DNA of 64,000 nt, taken from the NCBI GenBank assembly GCA_030704615.1, contig CM060731.1, positions 65,348,001 through 65,412,000 of the forward strand, read 5' to 3'. The position numbers were made by a program, and so were the translations under genes. Below are positions 40,901 through 52,400 of the stretch, piece by piece. Numbering within the stretch: position 1 is the stretch's first letter; each line of letters begins with the position of its first letter. Below the pieces are notes generated by a model. It was not told where the DNA came from and ran no database searches. It saw only the letters and a program-made list of their open reading frames with translations. The DNA is from Takakia lepidozioides. Its lineage: Eukaryota; Plantae; Bryophyta.

Positions 40901-42800
40901 GAGTTATGTAAATTTTTGTAATGTCCATAGAGTTTACAGTGAGGGTTCCTCACTTCATTTTGTTGAATGTCAATGCAGACATTCAGTTGTTTTGCATTGT
41001 TTTTGCCTCTTACGAGGAATCTGGAGGCTTGATAAGCTGTGTTATGAGAAATCCAAAGTGAATGTCGTTGACGACATTCACTTCTGTGTCTGTATTATTC
41101 ACCAGCGACAATTTGAATTTACATGGATTGGGAGCTAAGTGATTGGTTCCTTGTTGGTATTTTTGTGAATGGCGTTGACGTCATTCACATACAGTGTTGT
41201 TCTTTGATTTTGCTTCATTTGAGGAATAATTAGGCTTGATTAAGAGTGTATTCACAAATCCAAAGTGAATGTCGTTGACGACATTCACTTCTATGTTTGT
41301 GTCATTCCAAAACGATAGTTTGCATTCACTTGGATTAGAGTGTATTTACAGTATCATTGAATGGAATGTTTTGAATGGCGTTGACGACATTCACATCCGG
41401 AGCAGTCGTGTGGTCCTGAAAGGTCCTTGGAGCAGTTCTCAGAGCCATTTCATTCTATGTTTTTTTTCATTCTGTTCTACTTGCATCTTACTCACTGAGC
41501 GCTTTGGTGGGTTGGGATTTATCTCCTATTTTTCAGGTACACGAAATATGTGCTTATGGAAGGAAATCACCTGAGCGGAATTCCAGACTATCTTGACATG
41601 TGGTCGGACCCTGCAAACGATCCAACCATGTATACTGCAGGGATATTGAAGGATTGGAGTCCTTCTCACTTCAGAGACTGTGGGTGGTACCTTGACTGCC
41701 CACCGGAGCACACGACTTTTCAAGAATAGCATATGAAATACTTGAACAATAACGCTGAGATGCTGGCGCCTTTGACTGACGAAGAGTACCAACGAAACAT
41801 AGCAACATTGGCTGCCAAGGAGCCCGATGCTCAGGGAACGCCGCAGAAGGGAAAGAAGGCGGGCCGTAAACCAAAAGACAAGGTTGTTGATGTCATAGCC
41901 ATCTCACCAGCAAAGCCAAAGGACAAAGGCAAGTCCAAAGAGAAGGAAAATGACAAGGGGAAGGAGAAAGAAAAGGAGATGGAGAGTGGGCATGACTTTA
42001 CTGCTGGAAGATATACCCGCACTGTTCAGTGCGTGTTCGATGCCAAGCCACACCCTTCCCGTTCTGATTCGGCATGAGAGATGAAAATTGTTAATGAGGG
42101 TTGGTTGTCGATGATGCAGAGTCGAAAGAGAGGATACACTGGGGTGCCTTCGCCTACCTGGGACAATATAATCTCATTCCTCAATCTGGTGAGAATTCCA
42201 GTTTCTTTCCTTTTTCTCTGAAAGTTTCGTTGGCAGTATTTCAGTCTCGTTCTTTGAAAACATTCTTGCCATCGTTCTTATAAAAAACATGTCTGTTGCA
42301 GGTGAGCACAGGTCCCACCTTCGCGGTGTGCAGAAAACATATGCGGCCTCATCCCAGTTATCACTGATCTCTGGAGACACTAATGTGCTTTTCCCATTTA
42401 TATCCGTCAGTGACACATAAAAAACTTGTGCACCAAGTCTATATCCATGCACAAAATCACTCTCCAATTTTGTTATGTCATGGGAAAGAGGTGGACGCAC
42501 AACAGGCATAGATATCATCCGGCACAGAGGGATGTCCAGACGCCCTCCAGATACGAGCATGTCCCTTATAACCTCTGAGAGTTTACCTTCTGGAATGACA
42601 TGAGTTCTTTCACCTTGTCAAGGTAGTGCACTTCAGATTCATCTGCTTCATCTGTATTCTCTGAGCTTTTTCCGGACTCGTCCCCATCTCCAGATCTTTT
42701 CCCCTCTGATCCTGTAGGCTTGGACCTCACAGTTTTCTGCACGATGCCATTCAATTCTGACTGAGTAATTTGCAAATAGTGAACGGCGGTAACGACCATC
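37975..42800 (-). pseudogene. Transposon accessory gene: ParB-like domain plus beta-class amino (N6-adenine/N4-cytosine) DNA methyltransferase; multi-exon; 39300-42347 inverted
   Basis: Minus strand: LDIPLCRMISMPVVRPP..GY..FYVS..NWDE. Plus strand (inverted part): CWKDANEEF..VWDGNHRLLAW..LLTAMHDVNK/STEKSHV. Minus strand again: ADIVILDIPDG..FLSDAGTLLFF..RGAKEKSPAFMQILLESCS..VVDLSVSTG/ATYHACKAGGRSLFGMEGD. Motif IV precedes motif I, as in beta-class enzymes. Gene ends are approximate. Confidence 0.7.
40731..41394. repeat. Array of seven 24-bp palindromes (GTGAATGTCGT-TG-ACGACATTCAC) at 95-121-bp spacing in an intron
   Basis: Copies start at 40731, 40852, 40963 (degenerate), 41058, 41165, 41265 and 41371. 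Confidence 0.9.
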
Positions 42801-42938
42801 ACTCTGTCTCCAAGAAACTCACTATGAATGGTGTGAAACAATTCAGCACTCATTCTTCAACTGTGTTCTGGAGACATCAGTAAACCAATTTACACTAGAT
42901 CTGCGATAGCAAGGTATAAACGTACGCGAGGAAGGAAG

Positions 42939-45376
42939 ATGGCTTCCTCTGAAGCGGAGTTCTTCTCTGACGACAAACCAGTGCCGTTCTCCCAGGAAGT
43001 CCTTGACAATGGATTTGCAATTGTTCTGGAACATGTCTTGGCTACCCGTTTTCAGCTGCAGAATGGCTCCATCTTTTTGGAGAAAGAGGTGTACGATCTT
43101 AAAGGGAAGTTGTTGAAATATTCTTTCCAAAACCGTGATGAGACGGCTCATATCAGCCAGTGGAGAGTGCGTCCTGGTCGATACAGAGTACTTGGAGAGC
43201 CTCGGCGAAAGTCCCTTGGGTCATATGTGACGCCCGGGACTGCTGCTTCGGTCGTTGAAGACAAGAGGGAGGTGGTGGTGAAAAAAGAACATACGTCCTC
43301 CACTCCAATCGTTGAGCTTTCAGATTCGTCCAATGATGACATAAGTGAAATTCCAAATCCAGTCCTTCCTACTGTGGTTGGAGAAGCTGATGAAGAAGAG
43401 ATTTGTAGTGTCATTCCAAAATTGCGGGCGATGGGAGGAATGGCTAGATTCAAAAGTGAGTTGCGGGGAATTGATTGGGAATCTTTGAAGCAGGTGCCTG
43501 TGAAGTTCTTGCTGGAGACTTTTGATGGCGATATCATATTCGAGCTGCCTCCTCCTCCGCGAGTTGGAGGTGTAACAATCATGATGCATGGAATGGACCA
43601 GAAACACGACGGGCACCCGTGGTGCAGAACAAAAACATCCAATATTCAGAATGATGACAAGCTTGTTTTCAGGAGGACAGTTTGCAATGGACACCTTAGG
43701 TGTGATAATTTGAATTGCAGACATTTTCTTCAGTCTGGGGTTCATAATCAAAGCGAATAGGAGGGTCTGGCGGAAAATCCATTTCAGCCTGGGACTGCCC
43801 CTCCACCGGCAAACACTTTTGTCTGCAAATTCTGCAAACTTGTGTCATCCTGCTTGGCGCTCTACGGAGCAAGAATGTACTATGTTGTCCACCGTTTGAA
43901 AACAATGACAAGAGCTTGTGTGCATTTCGGATTCCATAACCATCCTGTCTCGAAGGGGGATTACAGGGAGAGTGTTAAGACAGTATCGAGGTTGATTAAA
44001 CAGGAGTTCGGGAGAAACCCATCCGCAACAACATCTGCAATTGCTCTTGGCGCAAGCAAGTCCTTCTTGGAAAACCATATTTTGAGTGAAGGGGATTCTG
44101 TGGGGACTAAACTTGACGGTGCAGCATTGGACCTGGTCATGGATCATTTCTCCACTTTAAGTTCACCTAACATTCGGCATCAGATCAATGCATTGAGAAT
44201 GGGCTCTGGGATCAGAGGCTACATAGAGAACATTTTGGAATTGAAACGAGTGAGCAAGTACGATTACATCCAGGACAATGTATTCCCAGGTCAAGGTGCC
44301 ATCAAAGTTTTTCTTTTCAAAATGTCGACTGTTGGGGAGGGCAGTGGGGTTAGCCTCGTGAAGCGGATGCAGAAGACTGGGGACTTGCAGAACTGTTTTC
44401 TTATGTTTGATCATGTGAAACGAGTGAAGGATTGGACAACAATGGCTTGTCATGTCTACGATCCAGTGTACCAACGAGTTATGACAATTGCAGTTTGTGA
44501 CATGCAATCTGAGGATATGGAATCCCAGAAGCTCATGTGGAATTCCCTGATTTGTGTCATGGGCTGCCATCTCCAAATTTCGCAGGTTTCATGGCGGATA
44601 GTGCTCAAGCAAATTTCAATGCTGTTCGTATTGTCTTCGGATCGGGCGACCCAAAAGTGCCTATGCCAGGAAGAGAGCGTACATGTCTATTCCATTGGAC
44701 ACAATCTCTGGAAAAACATACAAAGTCGGACATCAAACCAGAGATGCAGACTCAGCATCGTAAATTTCTGCAAAGAGTACAAAGATGCTAGAACAATGAA
44801 GGAGGCGGACACTTTGTTCCAGACAATTCGTGCCTGGTGGTTCTCTTCTGGAGCTGCATCACTTGAGAGTATGAGAGCATTGGAAGATTGGCTGGCGTTT
44901 TGGCACTTCCGGTATAGACAGTGGGAAGCAACCATGCCATTGGTACGAGGCTTATATTTATTGCTTTATTCATACATTTGCTTTCCATTTTATTGTGTCC
45001 TCGCTTTCTTTATGTTGTTTTCTGTTCACTGTTTTGAAGTGTGGTTCTGCAGTTTGCAGAACATGTCCATTGAGGAAATGGCGGACATGCCATCTTGCAA
45101 TTTGGCAGAAACTGTGCACAACGCATGGTTGCAGCAGTCTGGGAAACGAGGTCGGGATTTGTATGTGGCAACAACAGACGATTTGATACGTGCCTTGCAA
45201 CAACAAACCCGATACCGTGATTTCTTACGAGGTGGGGTTGGTGGCAAGGGTCCGGACAAATGGGAGTTGATGTTGTGTGCTGCAAACAGATCTGGGGATC
45301 CAATCAAGATAGCACGGGCGGTGAGCATGTATGCCCAGGGAACGCCACTTGTTTCTAGAGTTCCACGTCTTGAAGG
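42939..45376 (+). pseudogene. MULE-type transposase, 5' part (GCM/WRKY-like Zn domain plus DDE core)
   Basis: DGHPW..CNGHLRC..C..CKFC..C..HFGFHNHP; FLMFDHVKR (D); FMADSAQANF (D); CLFHW (CxxH); CNLAETVHNAW (E). Contains a stop and frameshifts, and an intron at ~44943-45059. Confidence 0.8.
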
Positions 45377-45730
45377 TGTCAAGTTAAATAAGCACAGTGT
45401 GAAACTAACTAGAATAAAGCTAGTTATTTGTATTTAACACTTGGATTTAGGTCAAGTGTTAAATCAGGTGTCAAGTTTAGTTTGACACCTGAACCATCTT
45501 ATCTTCACGAGAGCATCAGTCGCGCAGCTCATCTCTCTCGAGTTGAGCCTGCGCGACCGAGCTCCTGCATTGTTGAGGACTGAGTGTGCTTATGATGGGA
45601 GTATAGGTTGTTGTGGGGTGGAGTCCCCATAGCTTGGGGTGCCCCTGGCTCGACTTCTATTTTAAAGAGTGATAGCGATGGATTTCATATTTCTTGTGTT
45701 GAGAGTGTGTGTCTTTTAGCTTGTTTATCA
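45377..45730 (+). repeat. Terminal repeat segment A1 (354 bp)
   Basis: Matches 57465-57818 with 5 substitutions. Confidence 0.95.
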
Positions 45731-45744
45731 CTCGAGAGAGATGA
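45731..45744 (+). promoter_or_regulatory. Self-priming primer-binding site
   Basis: CTCGAGAGAGATGA is the exact reverse complement of TCATCTCTCTCGAG at 45529-45542. No TGG tRNA-type PBS is present. Confidence 0.8.
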
Positions 45745-46825
45745 CTCTATCTAGTTTTCCAGTGCTAAGCTAGATATGATGTTTTTGTTTTTGTTAAGCA
45801 CTATTGTAATATAGCTTGGTCACAGGGATCAAAACAGGAGGCTTGAGATGTTGCTGCGATTTTTGTCAACCTGTGGTTATATCTAAGAGTGGGGTGTGTA
45901 GGCTGCGCTGCTGACTGCTTGGCTGGATGAGAGCCGTGCACCGCCATAGGCAGGGAAGGCGTCAGCTGATCTGAAGAATCGAGTTGATTCTGCTGCCCGC
46001 ACCAGCAAGAGGAATCTGGAGGATGGTACCGACCAGGCAGAGAATCTTGGCTCGACTATCCGACAGCAGGCTGAGAATCTGAAAGAAGCTGTCCTTGGCT
46101 CCACACCAAGGAGCGATGGCGAGGGAGCGAGGGAGCGATGGCGGTCTCGCTGCTGAGGCTGTGACGCTGCGCGCCCCCTCCCGACGCTGACAACGCCTAT
46201 GGTCCCTTCTTGCAGCCCGCGCTCTTCTCGATGAGTACTGACGCAGTCGGTGATCGAGCATTCCATCAGCTTGACCAGGGCGCATCTTATGGGGCTGTGT
46301 ATGCGGTCTCAGACACTATCAGAAGGGGAAGACAAAGAAGAGGACCTGGAATTGGAGCCAACAGAAGGTCAGCTTTCTTTCCTCCATTGAGAGAGCTACT
46401 CCGCTGGCCTCTTTGGGTGGGATTGACAATTAGTAGGGGTTATCAGACGATAGCCCACCGCCGCGAGCTTCTTTTGTGAACGTTCCGCACCTCCCAGAAG
46501 TGGTGGAAATTTGGCGGGACTTGATGAGCATAAGTCCTTCTCATCTTGCGCCAACTTGTTTGAAGTATGGGGAGTAGTTCGCACCAGACCCGATCTGAAT
46601 GAAGAAGCACTGTTCTGGTGTTAAGTTTAGGAACTATCCGTGGTAAATATGATGACATGGGAATGCAAGAGAACTGGAAGAAACGACGAAGGTGAGTAAG
46701 CTGGGTGCACGACTGAAAGTGGGAGTTACCTGCTGGAGATGAGAGAAGCTTAATCTGTTTTAGAAGTCCATGGACGCCAGCTTGAAGGTCTAACACTGGT
46801 ATTAAATACTGGTGTTGAACGGGCT

Positions 46826-47311
46826 GTGCAACTTGTGGCAGCCTCCTCTTTAGAAACACCAAAGCATACCAATATTTTGAAGCTTCTACTTGATGGAGCA
46901 GTGGCTGGAGCCACGGCAGGTGTAGTTGTGGAGACAGCCCTGTACCCGATTGACACCATAAAGACCCGCCTTCAGGCAGCGCGGTGTGGTGGGGGGATAG
47001 TGTTCAAGGGCCTATACTCAGGTCTTTCCGGCAATCTTGCTGGTGTTTTGCCGGCATCAGCTATATTTGTTGGAGTGTACGAACCCTTAAAGCGCAAGCT
47101 GCTGGAGATCTTCCGAGATCACCTCAGCTCTGTTGCACATCTGACAGCGGGAGCTGCAGGAGGTGCAGTAGCATCGCTGGTTCGGGTGCCCACTGAGGTA
47201 GTGAAGCAAAGGATGCAAACAGGGCAGTTTGCCTCAGCCTCTGGAGCAGTGCGAGGAATTGTGGCCAAGGAAGGTTTGCGGGGTCTCTACGCAGGATTTG
47301 GATCATTTCTG
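46826..47311 (+). pseudogene. SAMC: Captured intronless fragment of an S-adenosylmethionine carrier (mitochondrial carrier family, SAMC-like)
   Basis: AGATAGVVVETALYPIDTIKTRLQ..GLYSGLSGNLAGVLPASAIFVGVYEP..VRVPTEVVKQRMQTGQF..KEGLRGLYAGFGSFL closely matches plant SAMC1/2. Similarity ends before the third carrier repeat. Confidence 0.85.
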
Positions 47312-47548
47312 AATGGCAATCAGCTTGATGGAAGCAGATCTTGGATTGCCTTCTATCTCAACCGGGGTCTGCCCTGCTAGGTACTTACAACAGTCCCGGC
47401 GCACGTTCACCGTCAGATTACCGCAATGCAAGTCAATAGTCAATACGGATTAAGGAAATTCCATGTGGCCATGGAGGTCAAGACACATTGAGTTACTAGG
47501 TTGCAAGACACATTGCCGCCACATTGAAACCAGTGGGGCATTCTGCGG

Positions 47549-47977
47549 TCAGAGACTGCCGGTCGATTGGCGAAAGTGTAGGTGAACCCGTGTACCGTCT
47601 ACGGTGTCTTTTCTCTGTTGTCGCCACCTTGAAAAATCAGCGCGCTTGTTCCACAACACAGAGGGCATGTTACAATCAACAGCAAACGCAGGAACCTGTA
47701 GCTCATCGACATAGACAAACGCATCAGTGCCAAGGGCTTTCTCCCCCGTAACTAGAATGGGCCGGGGACCCGCAAGCTCCAGCACAAAGTCCAGTGCTTC
47801 CCGCTGGTAATCCTCCTCAGTGAGTTTATCGTTAGCCACCAAGGCCTCGAACAGACTGTGAGTGACCCCTCGCCTGTACATGGCGTCCGTAAACATGTCT
47901 TTCCTTCCCCTCTCTTGGTGCGCAAGCCTGCAAGCAATCACGGAATGTTGACACCACTCTCTCTCACAGCAAGACAC
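47549..47977 (-). CDS. Unknown 142-aa accessory ORF inside the retrotransposon
   Basis: ATG-initiated open frame with globular-looking composition; no recognised domain. Confidence 0.35.
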   Translation of the reverse strand: MSCCEREWCQHSVIACRLAHQERGRKDMFTDAMYRRGVTHSLFEALVANDKLTEEDYQREALDFVLELAGPRPILVTGEKALGTDAFVYVDELQVPAFAVDCNMPSVLWNKRADFSRWRQQRKDTVDGTRVHLHFRQSTGSL

Positions 47978-48504
47978 TATTGAGTGCCACAGTTCCCTCC
48001 CTCTCTCTCACTCACTCTCGGTATGCAGAAGACTGGAGCAAGGTGTGCTGTCACTAGAAAGTCACTGGTAACCAAGAGTTGTGGGGGGTGCATTTGTAAA
48101 CACAACTGAAATCCTAGGAATTATAGGGCATGTGGCCAGGTAACCTGGGAAACCATATAGAATGTAGGGAATCGGGAACCAGTTACCAGATAGTTTGGGT
48201 ATAACTTTAAATTTTTAAATTTGAAAACCTTAAAAAAAAAAAACAGGGCATTTTGATCTAATTTAAATGATTTAAAGCCAAATTGGTCATATCTTTGTCA
48301 AATGGACTCTGTTTGACCCAGTTTTTGGGGGGATAGCTGCAGAAAGGGGATATCTACCTATCTAGACCTGGTTTTTGTTTTTGGGACTCTGCTAGAAATC
48401 TATGGAATTTTTAGAGTGTGAGTGTGCCATGAAAGATCCACAATCCTGTTTCTAGAACCTGTTCTGGTCTACATGAGAGATAAATCTGGGGATGTACTCC
48501 TTGT

Positions 48505-49242
48505 ATGGCTGGGGGAAATGAGGACGTAATTGAAGGGCAGGTCTCATCTCTTAGCCTGTGCACACAAGGGGACAAGATTTATGTTTCCCAAGGAACTCAG
48601 ACTGATTTGAGTGGAGAACAGTTGGACGAGTTGATTGCATATTGGGAGTCAGGCATTAGCAGTAGACAACAAACTGCTGTAGTTGGCGTTGAGGGCCTCA
48701 ATATTGCCTTGGACAGTCAGAACTCTGTTGGAGCCAGCAGTTCTGCAGCTGTAGGTGACATACCAAAGTGGGTGAAAGCTAGGCTTGGAACACAGCCAAA
48801 GACAGCCCCGGGGACCAAGGTGTTCAGCCACAAGGCCGTGGTGTACTGGAGCAGAGGAGCAGGAGCTGCACAAGTTTGTGCAATCAGACATGGTTGCAGC
48901 CGGACACGCTCTGCACAAGGCAACCACGAGCGGGGGTTCATTAGCAATGACAAGTTTGTTTTGCTTGAAGGAGATGCAGTCATTCGCAATGAGGACACCC
49001 GCAACCGTCTCAAAGCTTTCGAGTTGAGAGACTATCAGACCCTACCTTTGTTTTCTTTAGCGTTCAGTGAGCGGGAGATAGCAGAGTATTGCTTTGTCTC
49101 TACCTGGCAGAAAGAGGAGGAGGGTTGGTTAGAGCGAGCTACTGTAGCTTGGGACAAGGTTAGTGGCAGATTTTTGGACATAGATATACCTCCTATATCT
49201 TACCATCATGTAGAGCGAGGTACTTTGAGAGAAGTCTGGTAG
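48505..49242 (+). CDS. Unknown 245-aa accessory ORF upstream of gag
   Basis: ATG-initiated uninterrupted ORF; no recognised domain. Confidence 0.45.
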   Translation: MAGGNEDVIEGQVSSLSLCTQGDKIYVSQGTQTDLSGEQLDELIAYWESGISSRQQTAVVGVEGLNIALDSQNSVGASSSAAVGDIPKWVKARLGTQPKTAPGTKVFSHKAVVYWSRGAGAAQVCAIRHGCSRTRSAQGNHERGFISNDKFVLLEGDAVIRNEDTRNRLKAFELRDYQTLPLFSLAFSEREIAEYCFVSTWQKEEEGWLERATVAWDKVSGRFLDIDIPPISYHHVERGTLREVW

Positions 49243-49773
49243 TTGATAGCATAGATCAGGATTAGATCTTGCTTGGTCGGCCTTCTATTCTTCCCCTCCA
49301 TCTCTGTACTATTTTCATTACCTTGTACTTGTAGTTGCCAAAGCCTCTCTTGGTGGAGGCCAGTCAGTCCGGGGTTTTGGGCTGGGCTATTCTGCAGGAT
49401 TAGCATTGCAGCTGGATTTTGGTGTGGGGGTGTTGATATTTGATTTCTTGTGTTTGGATCCCCCCCAACACCTGCATGCTTGACTGTGCGCCATGTTGGT
49501 TTTGTGTGGGCGCTTGCTTTCATAGGGATTAGGCCGGATTTGATCACCGGTCAATCCTAGAGTATGCTGTCGGTGGTGAGGCTGGAGTGATGACCAGCAA
49601 GACCACCAGTGTTTCTTCTATGGTGAGGCTGGGTTGATGACCAGCCAACCATAGGAGTTCTTGCGGTGGATGCAGGTGCAGGTGCCCTGAGCCATTGGGA
49701 TATGACCCTTAAACTGCAACATGTGCCCACCCGTGTCACTATTAGAATTAGTACTAGAGCCCTATAGTGTCAC

Positions 49774-52400
49774 GTGGGGGAGGTGCCCATTGTGAGTGTC
49801 ATCACGGAGTTACCCAAGGGTTTTGATGGGAGTACGGCTACAAGCAGTAGCAGTGAGAGTGGGTTCACTAGACGAGGTATTCGTTTCAGACCACCTTCAC
49901 CTCCACCCTCAACTAGTGCAGAGTCAGACACAGACTTGGAGGCTTCATCAACATGTGTGCAGTTTCATTCGCCATTGTTGTGGGACGACATGGAAGAGAT
50001 GTATGGAGCTACCAAGGGGCCTCGTAGGTACTCTGGAGCTGTGGGCACAATCGAGTTGGATGACTTTATCCAGGAGTTTGACAGCTGGTGTGATTTGCAG
50101 CAGATGCGCAATCCACAGCTCTTCACCCCATTCATGGCGTGGAAGGGACTGTTCCAGCATTTGGAAGGCCCGCCTATGGACGATTACCACGAGTTCAGGC
50201 GAGGACATGAAGCAGAGATTGAGGAGTGGAGGATGTATTGGTCACCTGACTACGTCTCCATTACTCGAGGCACGACGCGACCAGTAGCTGCATCAGTACC
50301 AATATCTCCCACTGCCAGCACTAGTAGTGGAACAAGTAGTGCCGGTACTTCTGCAGGTGGTACCAGTTCAAAAGGTGCTACTACTCCTCCTGCCACGACT
50401 ACAACACATGTGCCTAGATTCCACCCGGTGGTGGAGTTCTTCCAGGAGTTGCGGAGGAAGTACGGATAGAGAAGCTGCGAAGTTTGCAAGACTTCCAGCG
50501 CAAACCCAATGAGAGCCTGCGAGAGGCATACACTCGTATAAGGCGCTTGATAAGTGTGACCCAAGGGGTTACTGAAGCTCAGGCAATCCAGTTCTGGTAT
50601 GGCATTTTGGAGAAGGAGCTCAGGAGAAGGGTGCGGGATGCAACCCTGTTACAAGCAGCCCAACCCACATTAGCAGATGTGTTTCTGCTGGCTGAGCGGA
50701 TTGAGCTCAACATGGTGGAGGAACGAGTTGTTACCATTGGATTTGGCAAGGACATGCCTGCACGAGGTGCAGCTGCCAGCCCACAGGCACAAGGGACTGC
50801 CCAACAGCGTGGTCAGGGGGGCAAGGTTTAACCCAAGTTCCATGGAGCTTACATGGGACCTCAGATGTAGAGGCCCATGGCATCTTTTGCAGGCCAACAG
50901 CAACCAGGGGTGATATGACATGTGGAGGACCCCATGTCAAGTGAGATTGCCCAGAGAGTGGCAGAAGGCCGGCACAAGCACAGCCTGCACAGTTGCAGTG
51001 TGGGCATTGTGGCAAGTATGGGCATGGAGATGCCCAGTGTTATGACTTGCATCCTGAGTTGCGCCCAGGCCAGTTCCAAGAGAACAATGGTGGCCGGGGG
51101 CGAGGTGGACCAGCCCAGAGAGGACGAGGTGGTCGGGCACGAGGTGCAGGCCAAGGGCAAGCTCAACATGGCCAAGGACGCGGAGGTCAGGGTATTGACC
51201 AAGGCATGGCCAACCGGCTTCAGCAGCTAGAGCAGAGCCTCGCTGCCATGGCTACAGCTCAGGCGGTACCGGCTCCCAGGCGGGATGGTCCACCTCCTGC
51301 GCCTGAGGGAGGAGATATGGGAGGCATGGGATTCATGTGCGGAGCAGCACTACCACTAGTGCAGGTGGAGTCTGCTGCAGCCGTGACTCGAGGAGCAGCA
51401 CGAGTTCCTGAGCCACGAGGTGCAAAGGTGGAATTGGATCCACAGCGTGGGGAGGCAAGCCGTCAGGCGAGGCTTCCTCAGTCATTCACATTGGCGGAGA
51501 CTGTGTCGACGCCATCCATGGCACCTAGTTCTCGTCCGACTGTTACCGAGGCGGAGGTTACTATGCCATTGGGGAGAGCTACACGTGCAGCACTAACACC
51601 TGCTACCAAGGCTAGTGCAGCCGGTGTGTTATTGGGGGCAGCCACCTCTGTGTGTCAAGCCCCACTGTTTTCAGCAACCATGATTGCGACGCCGGGGGTA
51701 AGGCCAGCTGCAGTGTTCAGACTAGCAGCAACACTCTGTGAGAGTGGGGAGGTCACTTCATCTTCTGCGGAGTTACTGGAAGGTGTAGTGGCAGAGGGAT
51801 CCTCATATTTGAGGGTCAAGACTGCCACGGCTGCGCCATGGCAAGCTGCAGCTGCCAGGTTGACGGAGCTGCCAGCTAGGCCAGCCTTTGAGCGCGCCAT
51901 GGTGACACCTGGAGTTGTCTTGTTAGACAACCAGGATGGCATTTTCTCTTTGAGTGGACCGGCAGGCAAGAAGTACCGGCCACTGCGGGTCTTGTTGGAC
52001 TCGGGAGCTCAGCCACTGATGTTGGGCAGAGCTGCTATTGCAGGTTTGGGCCTCATGCAGGCGGATATGGAGTCTTGTCCTTTCCAGATACAGACATCTC
52101 TGGGAGGATCAGAGCAGGCTTGGGGCATGACACGGCGTGAGTTGGCCATTGGACTACAAGCAGATCATCTTGTAGATGGCTCAGTGATGCGAGCCAAGGC
52201 CATTGTAACAGACGCGGTCTCTTACGATGTCCTCGTTGGTGGGGTAGTGTTATATCCCATGGGCTTCACCCTGGACTTTTGGGATGAGTCAACATCCTAC
52301 AGGCCTGGATGGCAGTCAGGGGATGGTCGTCGTGCACAGCTCCCTATGACATTCATTGGGGGTATTGCGGCTGCCCAACGGGGCAAGATGCCAACACTAG
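49774..52400 (+). pseudogene. Gag (capsid, zinc knuckle) and aspartic protease
   Basis: LDDFIQEFDSWC..; QDFQRKPNESLREAYTRIRRL; CGHCGKYGHGDAQC (CX2CX4HX4C); VLLDSGA. Contains stops and frameshifts. Confidence 0.85.

Noticed and set aside
40731-41394. CRISPR array interpretation of the palindrome array
   Set aside because: Eukaryotic intron, no cas genes, and the 71-97-bp spacers are related to each other rather than unique
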